A stretch of 20,000 nucleotides of DNA from an uncultured virus (IMG/VR IMGVR_UViG_2875459517_000006). Taxonomy: Duplodnaviria > Heunggongvirae > Uroviricota > Caudoviricetes. This document shows, piece by piece, positions 1 to 7,839 of the stretch. Numbering within the stretch: position 1 is the first letter of the stretch; every line of letters begins with the position of its first letter. Below the pieces are notes generated by a model. The model worked only from the letters and a program-made list of their open reading frames with translations. It did not search any database and had not been told where the DNA came from. The DNA lies in the IMG/VR virus record IMGVR_UViG_2875459517_000006, positions 44,924 through 64,923 of that record. One strand, 5' to 3'. The position numbers and the translations under genes are program-made.

Positions 1-591
1 CTGCATCTCTCTGAACGAATCACTGACGACTTTTACGAAAAGTTGCTTGCCGAAATTATCGCGATAGCTTACGTTTTTCACAACAACACCCTCGCCCCCG
101 GCCGACTCATTCGCTAGTGCACTGCGCCCAACAAAGTTTTGTAAATGATCGAAGCCGCGATATTTACCTGCGTAAAGAATAGGGGCCAAAGTAAGACCAA
201 GCCGGAAAGCCTCTGCAACAACGGCAACATGTGAGAGATAAAGTCCCTCTTTCTTGTCGTAAATATCGAAGAGGTAAAATTCATTCTTATTAACACCGTA
301 ATCAACCTTGTGCTTAACGAGCCATTCTCCGAAGTAGATGTAATCGCTGTTGAGGTCCTCCGGGTCGATTTTCTGCGTATATTCATAGAACCCCCGTAAG
401 TTGTTCTCGCTGTCTAGCTTCCTATTACGCGAAAAAGCTTCCATCTCATATGTGTCAGGATTGAGCGTGAACGATGCATTCGCTCCGTCCAGTTTTTCGT
501 AAACAACTACGTAATCATTCTCAGTCAGAACGCCCTCAGTAGTATGATGACCAAGGCGCACGATATCCGTATACTTTTTCATTTCGCTCAT
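1..591 (-). CDS. RNA ligase, Rnl2-like nucleotidyltransferase (3' end outside window)
   Basis: Not in ORF track; hand translation from ATG at 589-591 (TGATG overlap with polymerase stop) is open to position 1: MSEMKKYTDIVRLGH...YEKLDGANASF...FSRNR...YFGEWL...FYLFDIYD...GEGVVVKN...FVKVVS. Contains nucleotidyltransferase motifs I (KxDG), III, IIIa, IV and V. Confidence 0.85.
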   Translation of the reverse strand, partial: MSEMKKYTDIVRLGHHTTEGVLTENDYVVVYEKLDGANASFTLNPDTYEMEAFSRNRKLDSENNLRGFYEYTQKIDPEDLNSDYIYFGEWLVKHKVDYGVNKNEFYLFDIYDKKEGLYLSHVAVVAEAFRLGLTLAPILYAGKYRGFDHLQNFVGRSALANESAGGEGVVVKNVSYRDNFGKQLFVKVVSDSFREMQ

Positions 592-2747
592 CAAACCGCC
601 TCCTTGTTTTTAAACCATTCGTCCACCGGAAATCCTTCGCCCCATCTTCGGCTGATTTCAATATCCGTCTTATTCGGCACATCTAGCCGCAATGTATTTA
701 GCATCACCGCCTCGAAATCCGCTACATCATCACGCGTTAAAGTTTCCGGAGCATAAACGGCAACTTCGTCGTGTACCGAGAAAGCCATCGTCCATCCCTT
801 GTGGCGGCATAGCTTCTGTAATTCGATCATCGTTAGCTTCGTCTGTATGGCCGCGCTGCCTTGGATAATCGCGTTTGTAGCTTGGCGCATTGCTCGGAAC
901 TGTGTAAATCGGTCGCGCGACTTAGCTTCCGGGAGCCTACGCTTTCGTCCGTGAAACATTTGAACGTATCCGTAACGCTTTGCAAATTGCTCGTTGCCGT
1001 CAATCCACGCCTTAACTTTCGGGTATTTCTCGTAGAACTGAGCGATAAAGTCCTTCGCTTCCTTCTCCGTTATGCCCAGCTGATCGGCAAGTGTTTTCGG
1101 GCCAGTTCCGTACATAACCGCGAGTATGCCTGTTTTCATCATCTTCCGATACTTAGAACCGTCACCGCATTCCTCAATCGGCAAGCCGAATAATTCGCTG
1201 GCAGCCGTTGAATAAAGATCGCGTCCTTCACGGTAAGCATTTACGAGGACTTCTTCGCCAGTAAAATGTGATAGAAATCTCGGTTCCTGCTGCGAGAAGT
1301 CACCGGATAAAATAACCTGACCCGGAGGAGCGACGAATAACTTACGCGCAAAGTACGGCTGGTTTTGTAGGTTCGGATTGTTCGAAGAAAAGCGTCCGGT
1401 CACGGTGCCCGTTTGATTGAAATTACCGTGAATGCGCCCGTCTGCCTTTACCTGTTGCGGCAAAGCTTCGATATACGTTCCGAGCAGCTTCGTCTTCTCG
1501 CGATAAGATAACAAGAGCTTAATTCCTTCGTGATGTGGCGCCAGTAATTTCAACGTCTTAACGTCAGTCGATTTCTTGAAACCCTTCGGCAAGTAACGGT
1601 CGAGCTTTAATTCATCGAAAAACTTTTCCGATAGCTGTGCCGGCGAATTGAAGTTAATCTCGCCGAAATGCTTACGCAAACCCTCTTCGATGTCGATCAG
1701 TTCCGCTTTCAGCTCGGCGCCTAACGTTTTAGCCTTCTCGATATCCAGTACGAAGCCAGCTGCCTCCATCTCGACCGACACACTGATCGTTGGATTCTCG
1801 ACTTGTTCGTAGTATTCGAGCAGTCCAATCTTTCGTAAGTGTTCGCGTTGGAAATTACGTAATTTGAGCGTAACGTCACCGTCCTTTGCGGCATATGCCA
1901 GCGCAACTCTTAAATCGGCGACTTCGTGAAAGCCGGCCTTACCGAATAACTCATCGTATGTCTGCGAAGGAATGCCGAGATATTTAGTAACGAGATCCTT
2001 TAGTCGATAAGATCCGCCAGTCACGCGCTCATTTTCGTTAAGAATATGCATAGCGAACTGCGTATCCCACGCTAAGCCACGCAGCGTAACGCCTTCATGT
2101 GATAACATGTGAATATCGAATTTGCCGTTATGCGCGATCTTTTTAACGGAAGCATCTTCGTAAATCGGCTTCAGCTTCTCCATGACGTAAGCGTGCGGTA
2201 GCTGTGGCGCCTCTGTAACGTGCTTAGTCGGAATGTAAGCGTGTATGTTCGACTTGACTGCACTTATCACGTTACCTACAATCCGGTCTTCCCACGTATC
2301 AGCGCCCGTCGTCTCTACGTCGAATACGATCTCTTCTTCGTCAGCCAGCAGCGCCAGAAATTCGTTGAAACGTTCGACATCCGTAATCAGCCAGTAATTA
2401 TCCGGCGTATTCTCGACCATCTGCCGCAAGGTTTCTTCGCGCTGGGCTTCTTGTAACGTCTTCCATAGCCGGAGTGCCTCCGCCTTGCTGAACGCCTTAG
2501 GATTGCCGGCCTTGTTCACGCAGTCAGCCGGATCGCGCGCTAGTTTGCCCGCATCCATGGCCGCCTTGACTTCCGTTACCCTTTTGCGATCGGCATCCGA
2601 TAGTTTCATCGCGAATATCTTCCGCCAGCTTTCCTCGATCGGCTCGGCGGTCTTGGCTTTCGCCTTCCGCTTGGCCGTCGCCTCTACTGCGTCCGATTTC
2701 GGAGCCGCCGGCTTCAGCGCGTTCATATTTAACCGTAAGCCTTCCAT
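591..2747 (-). CDS. polA: Phage DNA polymerase, family A, with 3'-5' exonuclease domain
   Basis: 718 aa; Exo I FDVETTG, Exo II HNGKFD, Exo III YAAKD, TGRFSSNNPNLQN, motif A DFSQQEPR, motif B RKMMKTGILAVMYG, IQGSAA, motif C VHDE; RBS AGGAGG upstream. Confidence 0.96.
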   Translation of the reverse strand: MEGLRLNMNALKPAAPKSDAVEATAKRKAKAKTAEPIEESWRKIFAMKLSDADRKRVTEVKAAMDAGKLARDPADCVNKAGNPKAFSKAEALRLWKTLQEAQREETLRQMVENTPDNYWLITDVERFNEFLALLADEEEIVFDVETTGADTWEDRIVGNVISAVKSNIHAYIPTKHVTEAPQLPHAYVMEKLKPIYEDASVKKIAHNGKFDIHMLSHEGVTLRGLAWDTQFAMHILNENERVTGGSYRLKDLVTKYLGIPSQTYDELFGKAGFHEVADLRVALAYAAKDGDVTLKLRNFQREHLRKIGLLEYYEQVENPTISVSVEMEAAGFVLDIEKAKTLGAELKAELIDIEEGLRKHFGEINFNSPAQLSEKFFDELKLDRYLPKGFKKSTDVKTLKLLAPHHEGIKLLLSYREKTKLLGTYIEALPQQVKADGRIHGNFNQTGTVTGRFSSNNPNLQNQPYFARKLFVAPPGQVILSGDFSQQEPRFLSHFTGEEVLVNAYREGRDLYSTAASELFGLPIEECGDGSKYRKMMKTGILAVMYGTGPKTLADQLGITEKEAKDFIAQFYEKYPKVKAWIDGNEQFAKRYGYVQMFHGRKRRLPEAKSRDRFTQFRAMRQATNAIIQGSAAIQTKLTMIELQKLCRHKGWTMAFSVHDEVAVYAPETLTRDDVADFEAVMLNTLRLDVPNKTDIEISRRWGEGFPVDEWFKNKEAV

Positions 2748-2781
2748 TCGTCGTCCTCCTTCCTCGCGTAATATATACCGC

Positions 2782-2937
2782 TTATTCGCTCATTATTACG
2801 TTAAGGCATCCGAATACAAAAACGCCTAGAACGCACGTTACAGTAGCAAACACATCCATGTTCAATACGCACTGTCCGGCAATGAATGCCATTAATACAC
2901 CGAACACAAACGCAATCGCTCTCGGTAATCTCTTCAT
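2782..2937 (-). CDS. Small membrane protein (51 aa, two hydrophobic segments)
   Basis: Hand translation MKRLPRAIAFVFGVLMAFIAGQCVLNMDVFATVTCVLGVFVFGCLNVIMSE; ATGA overlap with upstream gene, GGAGG RBS; not in ORF track. Confidence 0.65.
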   Translation of the reverse strand: MKRLPRAIAFVFGVLMAFIAGQCVLNMDVFATVTCVLGVFVFGCLNVIMSE

Positions 2938-3113
2938 AAATCGACCGCCTCCGTCCATCTTCGTTTATAGTCCGCTTCGTTATCCGCATACCATTCCGAC
3001 CAGCAAGACGGATCGCACGCATAAACCTCGAAGAGCGAATCGTAAATTGCGGATCGCCCTTCGTAAAGGTTAGCGTTACATGCGGCGCAGACGGTGGCCG
3101 GCTTAGCGGTCAA
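2934..3113 (-). CDS. Small Cys-rich (CxxC...CxxxC) phage protein
   Basis: ORF track 2934..3185; likely TTG start at 3113 (GAGG upstream, overlaps previous stop); VCAAC...ACDPSC. Confidence 0.6.
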   Translation of the reverse strand: MTAKPATVCAACNANLYEGRSAIYDSLFEVYACDPSCWSEWYADNEADYKRRWTEAVDL

Positions 3114-4383
3114 AGCGCGCCTCGACTGGCGTAATGAGTTCGACTTTAAGAAAATATCCATGCACTGTATCCACGACGGACCCACCAGAGGCTTGTTTGA
3201 GGACTTCGATAATATCCCCGTTTGCTACACGTCCAGCACACTTGTTGTCTACTACTCGCGCGATATCTCCTCTCTTATACTCGCCAACCTTACGTCCAAT
3301 CTTCGCCCACTTCGCTTCTTCGGCTTGCTTGCGCTCGATCTCGGCGACTTCCTCTTCGGTTAAAATTTCGAGCTGATCTGGCGTTGCGCATCCGGACCCT
3401 CTAAAACAGTCGCCGCCTTCGATTCGAATACGTTTGCCCCTCCTCGGATGGTCGAAATTGTTATCGGAAACCTCGTAAATCTTACCGTTCTTGAATCCGA
3501 TAAGAGGGAGCTTTCCGCCGCCTGAAAGCAACCGCACTTTAGCGCCTTTTTTAAATTTAGCGCGTGCTGCTTCGTCTTTAGCTTCGGCAACTTCTTCGTC
3601 AGTGGCGCGGACGAGTGATGCTTCTGAACGCCATTCCGTGTATTTACCGTCCATAGTTTCGACCTTAAAAGGAATGATCGCACCCGTATCTTGAATTACT
3701 TTAACGATTTCTCCTTTTTCGGTGACAATAGCCTGACCGACCACCTTCGCATAATCACCGACCTTCAGGCGCTCAGGCTTCGGCTCAACTTCTACGCTTG
3801 CGGCGCTTACTTTTCGATAGACTTCGAATTCGCAATGGTCCAGAGAGTACGTATCAAATTCGTCTCCGTCATCGTCAGTGATCTGAGGATCTCCGTGCGA
3901 ATCAACGTAATCAATTTCGTAATACTCGCCCGCGGTTAGATAAGTTCTAGGAGCCTCATCGAACTTAATATAATCGCCTTCCTGCGCTTCGCTTTTGTCA
4001 ATCCGTACGTACCCCGCTTCACCCTTCAACGTAGCCATGTCGGATTTTAGCGCTTCGATTTCGCCTTCCGCGGAGCTGACGCGTTCTTCTAAGGACGGAT
4101 CGGTGCAGGCGGCGACTTTGCGGAAGAGTTCGTAATCGTCGCCAAATCTAACCCGCCCAAAATCTACGTCGTCCAAGAATCTAACGTCGTCCGCATGGTC
4201 GGCATCATCCGTAATTTTGTAGAAAGCGCCGTAGGTAATATCGTAACCACCTTCCTCGGCCCGTACCAAATCGCCTTTCTTCGGCAAACCTTCCGCCTTC
4301 ACATATTCCGCGCCACCATACGCAACCTTCGTAATTTCACCGTTCACCATATCGAGTGTCTTAACGCCGTTTAATTTCGCCAT
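3103..4383 (-). CDS. Phage protein with about five SH3/KOW-like repeats
   Basis: Start reassigned to ATG 4383 (AAGGAGG RBS). Recurrent motifs PKKGDLVRA, AQEGDYIKF, LKVGDYAKV, FKKGAKVRL, YKRGDIARV joined by helical linkers. Confidence 0.7.
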   Translation of the reverse strand: MAKLNGVKTLDMVNGEITKVAYGGAEYVKAEGLPKKGDLVRAEEGGYDITYGAFYKITDDADHADDVRFLDDVDFGRVRFGDDYELFRKVAACTDPSLEERVSSAEGEIEALKSDMATLKGEAGYVRIDKSEAQEGDYIKFDEAPRTYLTAGEYYEIDYVDSHGDPQITDDDGDEFDTYSLDHCEFEVYRKVSAASVEVEPKPERLKVGDYAKVVGQAIVTEKGEIVKVIQDTGAIIPFKVETMDGKYTEWRSEASLVRATDEEVAEAKDEAARAKFKKGAKVRLLSGGGKLPLIGFKNGKIYEVSDNNFDHPRRGKRIRIEGGDCFRGSGCATPDQLEILTEEEVAEIERKQAEEAKWAKIGRKVGEYKRGDIARVVDNKCAGRVANGDIIEVLKQASGGSVVDTVHGYFLKVELITPVEARFDR

Positions 4384-4396
4384 CTGTTCGTCCTCC

Positions 4397-4669
4397 TTAT
4401 TCGAACCAGCAAACAATTTCTGGCTCACCGTATTTAAAATCCGCCAAGTATTCCGCATATGTCATGTATTCAAATCTGCCCGTTTCCGTCTCGAATTTCT
4501 CCACCGTATCTGTATCAATCTCGGAAACTTCCGGCACTTCACCCACCGAATAGTGATTCGGCTCGATCAAACTTAGTTGATGCGCCAATGCTTGCTCCGC
4601 TGTTTCTGCCGCAATAATGTCGTAACAACCGTCTAGGCCGACTTTGAAGAGTTTATATTTCGCCATCAT
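4397..4669 (-). CDS. Hypothetical acidic phage protein
   Basis: 90-aa ORF coupled (ATGA) to upstream gene, GGAGG RBS. Confidence 0.7.
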   Translation of the reverse strand: MMAKYKLFKVGLDGCYDIIAAETAEQALAHQLSLIEPNHYSVGEVPEVSEIDTDTVEKFETETGRFEYMTYAEYLADFKYGEPEIVCWFE

Positions 4670-5103
4670 ACAGCCTCCGATTCGTTAATTTTCGTAAGCT
4701 CTACGTCTTCACGTCGAAAGTTCAAATCCATCCGTACCCACCGCTTGCCGTCCTTCGACTGCGGCCCCCAATACTCCTTTAGCTCGCGATTCTCGAACAT
4801 CCAAACGGTGGGCGCCACTCCTGTACCGATTTCGACGCCGATAAAGTAATCGACTTCGTCAAGCATATAAGGCGTGCCGTCGTGCTTCCGCGCCTGAACG
4901 ATCCGCTTTCCGCCGCGCTTTTTACGTACGATAATCGTCTTCACCTGAAACGTTTTCCACTCGCCACTCAACGGATCTTTTGCGCTAATATCGAATGCCT
5001 CTTCCGTTTCGGACGTACTGACCGCCTGCCAGCCGCTAGCCAGCAGCGCAGCACGAGCGATCAGTTCCGAATACTTGCCGGTATCTTCTGCTTTATGCGC
5101 CAT
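4666..5103 (-). CDS. PD-(D/E)XK endonuclease (homing-endonuclease/resolvase-like)
   Basis: Start reassigned to ATG 5103 (AAAGGAGG RBS). Pattern G..SELIA...AFD...FQVKT...Y...EVDYF fits small PD-(D/E)XK nucleases. Confidence 0.75.
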   Translation of the reverse strand: MAHKAEDTGKYSELIARAALLASGWQAVSTSETEEAFDISAKDPLSGEWKTFQVKTIIVRKKRGGKRIVQARKHDGTPYMLDEVDYFIGVEIGTGVAPTVWMFENRELKEYWGPQSKDGKRWVRMDLNFRREDVELTKINESEAV

Positions 5104-5137
5104 ATAAGCGCCTCCTTTTCGTTTGGTTGGTACGTGA

Positions 5138-5893
5138 TTAGAACGGTAATTCTTCGGAAGTAGGTTCGTTAGAGTCTGTCGCACTGCCGCCCTCTAACGG
5201 AGGCAATACAGATTTCTTAACACCGTCTTTCGCTTCGTGTAGCAGCTTAACAATGTCGCTTTCTTCACGAAAGTTTGCGAGCTCTTCGTACTTGTAATCG
5301 ATGCCGATAAATGCTTTTGCTTCTTCAATGACTTCGTCAGGGAGATCACCCGTTTCCAACGAGTACGTTTTATCTGCCTGTTTAAAGTGAACCGCCTGAC
5401 CTACGAGTGTGTAATCCGGAAGGATCTTCTTCGCAGGTTTCTCGGCCTTGTCATAGTCGTCGATTAAATTGTTCGCGTGGAACTCAGCGATATCAATTAC
5501 GCGATAGGTTTTATATTTCGGATCGTAGACCGGAATCATAAAAAACATCTTACGTTGCGCACCGGCTTTGCACGAAATGCATTCAGCCTTACCTGGACGG
5601 AAATACTGCTGTAATTCTTCCGTACCTACTTTATCGTGTGGAGAGTGCAGGCATGTGTGTTTGCGGAATTTGTGATCATAACCTTTCCCCGTGTATTCTT
5701 TATTTTCGTGAACAAAGTAGATGTACCAATCGTCAGGCTGCGCGAGAATGACTAAGTTGCGTCCGTCTTTGTTGATTTCTCCATAGCTTCCAACGCGAAC
5801 ATATCGCGTAACACCTTCCGGGAATTCACTTTCGCCACTTGACGCTTTATCCCGTTCCTCTTCACGTTTCTTTAAGATATCTCGAATGCTCAT
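5138..5893 (-). CDS. Single-stranded DNA-binding protein, T4 gp32-like
   Basis: Start reassigned to ATG 5893 (AGGGGG RBS). His/Cys cluster (VHE...HTC...CISC), acidic C-terminal tail ending SEELPF, replication-module context. Confidence 0.7.
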   Translation of the reverse strand: MSIRDILKKREEERDKASSGESEFPEGVTRYVRVGSYGEINKDGRNLVILAQPDDWYIYFVHENKEYTGKGYDHKFRKHTCLHSPHDKVGTEELQQYFRPGKAECISCKAGAQRKMFFMIPVYDPKYKTYRVIDIAEFHANNLIDDYDKAEKPAKKILPDYTLVGQAVHFKQADKTYSLETGDLPDEVIEEAKAFIGIDYKYEELANFREESDIVKLLHEAKDGVKKSVLPPLEGGSATDSNEPTSEELPF

Positions 5894-5918
5894 TCGTTTT
5901 CCCCCTACGTTTTTATTA

Positions 5919-6041
5919 AGGCTTTTCGCCCTCGCAAAATGCCGGTGTCTGCGCCCGAAACGCCGCCAGCGCTTGGCAGTAGCGACGCGACACGGATTAC
6001 CTAACGGCCGCCCCGACATTCTCCGAGGGCGCGACGCGCCT
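5919..6041 (-). ncRNA. Candidate structured leader RNA upstream of SSB gene
   Basis: 5927-5945 pairs with 6013-6031 (CGCCCUCG-GAGAAUGUCGG / CCGGCAUUUUG-CGAGGGCG on the minus strand; G-U pairs valid on mRNA strand), with nested inner helices. Confidence 0.5.
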
Positions 6042-6138
6042 ATGATGCGTCGTCTTCGCCACTTTGCGTCCACATACCGAAAAGTATTAATCCGATGATG
6101 ACGGCGGCAATCGGTCCCACCCACGAAAGATCAGACAT
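6040..6138 (-). CDS. Single-TM microprotein (32 aa)
   Basis: MSDLSWVGPIAAVIIGLILFGMWTQSGEDDAS; start overlaps stop of upstream gene. Confidence 0.55.
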   Translation of the reverse strand: MSDLSWVGPIAAVIIGLILFGMWTQSGEDDAS

Positions 6139-6697
6139 ACGCCGCCACGCCTTTCTCAATCGATTCAATTTCGGATTTAATCGCGTTAGCTTTTTCGTTA
6201 ATTGACGCGTATTCAGAACGAGCAACGGCGATCTTTGCGTCAATGACTGCGATAATCTTATGTGCGCGAGCTTTTGCGCGGTTTAATTCGAGCTGCGCAA
6301 TTTCGAGGTTCTTTTCCGCAAGCTGAATCGTTAAGCTTCGTAATTCGCGTTTATGGCGGACGATAATAGCGCCTGATTTACGTTTGATTACCGTCTTCAG
6401 TTCGTCAGGCAACTCGGTAATCAGCTGTGTACCTGCGGTCGGGTTATCTTCGACTGGCGCCAAAGGATCGGCCATCTTGTAGACGGTCACTACTCGAATA
6501 CCATCGACGATCAATCGTGTTCTTGATTTAATATGATCGAACGCTTTTGTTCGATGGCCATGTTCGTTGCTGAGATCGCCTACATAGAAAGCCGTTTGCA
6601 TTAAATTCCGAATATGCCCGGCGGCTTGTGGGCGACTTATCCCTAATCGTTCTACCGCACGATCAACGGCGTGTCTTGTGACCTCGTAATGTTTCAT
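6131..6697 (-). CDS. Hypothetical protein: N-terminal HAxxRxxER (DUF4258/RelE-like) domain plus C-terminal coiled coil
   Basis: YEVTRHAVDRAVERLGI...RLIVDGIRVVTVY, then heptad-rich C-terminus. Confidence 0.65.
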   Translation of the reverse strand: MKHYEVTRHAVDRAVERLGISRPQAAGHIRNLMQTAFYVGDLSNEHGHRTKAFDHIKSRTRLIVDGIRVVTVYKMADPLAPVEDNPTAGTQLITELPDELKTVIKRKSGAIIVRHKRELRSLTIQLAEKNLEIAQLELNRAKARAHKIIAVIDAKIAVARSEYASINEKANAIKSEIESIEKGVAAYV

Positions 6698-6855
6698 CCG
6701 ACGCGCACCGCCTTAATCGGAGTAGCCGGGAGATAGTCGGCCGGATCTTCATCGTGCGGCCATGCGCCTTGGTAAATGAAATCGGTGAGTTTGCGCTCAT
6801 CTAGCGCTAAAAGCGTTTGAGATTCGTTAAATGTGGGTAAATTCGATGTATGCAT
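6694..6855 (-). CDS. Small hypothetical protein (53 aa)
   Basis: Hand translation MHTSNLPTFNESQTLLALDERKLTDFIYQGAWPHDEDPADYLPATPIKAVRVG; GGAGG RBS; ATGA overlap with next gene; not in ORF track. Confidence 0.7.
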   Translation of the reverse strand: MHTSNLPTFNESQTLLALDERKLTDFIYQGAWPHDEDPADYLPATPIKAVRVG

Positions 6856-6887
6856 AGTACGTTAGCCTCCGTTATTTTAAGGATAAT

Positions 6888-6988
6888 CGCACTAGGCCGA
6901 GGACATGTTCGCATAATTGTTCTCTTGAATTCGTTGACAATATGCAATACAATGAGGACGTAGCGAAAGTCCTTCGGGCCTAGCTGCG
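6888..6988. other. Long imperfect inverted repeat / structured intergenic element
   Basis: CGCACTAGGCCGAGGAC (6888-6904) pairs with GTCCTTCGGGCCTAGCTGCG (6969-6988); inner helix GCATAATTGTT / GACAATATGC. Confidence 0.5.
6925..6953 (+). promoter_or_regulatory. Candidate sigma-A promoter, antisense to the sigma-like gene
   Basis: TTGAAT-17 bp-TACAAT. Confidence 0.4.
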
Positions 6989-6991
6989 TAG

Positions 6992-7600
6992 TTATTGCGC
7001 GATCAAGTAGTCTCGGTAATCGCCGAACTGTTTGGTATCGAAATTGCGTGAGAGCTTTTCGAGTTTGCGTATGACTGTTGAGTGATGTAGACCCAACTTT
7101 TTCCCGATTGCCGTCGGAGTTGGCTTCTCACTCGAAAGATATGCTTCGGCGATTTGTATTGTCGTTGCGTCAGATGTAGTACCTAATAGGAAGTTGATCA
7201 GTTGCCGCTGGTCAACTTCTTTTTTTGTTGTCAAAAGTTCTTCCGGGGTTATCGTGCAGGGGACCTCGAATGTTGCCGCATCCTTATGGTCTCCTTTTGG
7301 TATAATTTCTCTTTTGTTTCTGTTTACCCGCCCCCTTAAAAAATAACGCCTCTGTAACGGAACACTTGCATTAAATAACCTTTCAAAATCATGCTCTCCG
7401 TTGTACGACTCAATGCAAGAAAGTAAGGTATCTTCATAAATCGCTCTTGCCTCATAATAATCTGCACCAATTGATTTACCGATCGTTTTGAACTTTCGGT
7501 CATTTCTTGTTATGAAGTAATCGTAAACCATCCTAAAAGCAGATTCACTTCTACTTTCTTGGTACTTTAATACTTCGCTATTCAATTGTTCTTTTCTCAA
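6992..7600 (-). CDS. Phage sigma-70-like factor / transcriptional activator
   Basis: N-terminus resembles sigma region 2 (LKYQESRSESAFRMVYDYF...EARAIYEDTLLSCIESYNGEHDFERLF); C-terminal HTH (PTAIGKKLGLHHSTVIRKLEKL); TTG start with GGGAGG RBS. Confidence 0.7.
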   Translation of the reverse strand: MRKEQLNSEVLKYQESRSESAFRMVYDYFITRNDRKFKTIGKSIGADYYEARAIYEDTLLSCIESYNGEHDFERLFNASVPLQRRYFLRGRVNRNKREIIPKGDHKDAATFEVPCTITPEELLTTKKEVDQRQLINFLLGTTSDATTIQIAEAYLSSEKPTPTAIGKKLGLHHSTVIRKLEKLSRNFDTKQFGDYRDYLIAQ

Positions 7601-7632
7601 TTTTACGTCCTCCCTTTTGCTTACATACGACT

Positions 7633-7659
7633 ATATGCACCTACTTACACAACCGCGCA
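7633..7659 (-). promoter_or_regulatory. Bipartite motif copy 1 (minus strand TGCGCGGT-N11-GTGCATAT)
   Basis: Same half-sites and spacing as the copy at 18877-18903; lies about 30 nt upstream of the sigma-like gene. Confidence 0.65.
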
Positions 7660-7798
7660 TTTTTTTGTTTGTTTTTTCTCTATGTGTAAATAATACCAAG
7701 TATTTTCTGCAATTATCTGAAAACGACACCCTATTTATATAAAAATAAGTAGCGCGGATACGACCTGAGTATCGTGTTTCGTAGAAGCTTTAGAAAAT

Positions 7799-7830
7799 TA
7801 AAAAACCCCACAACGTAATGTTGTGGGGTT
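7799..7830 (-). terminator. Rho-independent terminator of aimR-aimP
   Basis: Perfect 11-bp stem AACCCCACAAC / GTTGTGGGGTT with 5-nt loop, followed by a U-run on the minus strand, 10 nt after the aimP stop. Confidence 0.85.
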
Positions 7831-7839
7831 AATAAAGAA

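Noticed and set aside
114..386. 90-aa minus-strand ORF in the track
   Set aside because: Alternate frame inside the RNA ligase gene; no RBS or motifs.
2801..3022. 73-aa Cys-rich ORF in the track
   Set aside because: Overlaps two better-coupled genes in other frames (2782..2937 and 2934..3113).
5894..6124. N-terminal Arg-rich extension of the SSB ORF
   Set aside because: Better start with RBS at 5893; the extension overlaps another gene and the structured leader.
6934..6953. TTGACA...TACAAT as a consensus promoter
   Set aside because: Spacer is only 8 bp; the TTGAAT-17-TACAAT pairing is reported instead.
7660..7800. Canonical AimR operator (6-bp inverted repeat, 25-bp spacer) or aimX ORF
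   Set aside because: No convincing inverted repeat with that spacing and no RBS-bearing ORF found by eye.
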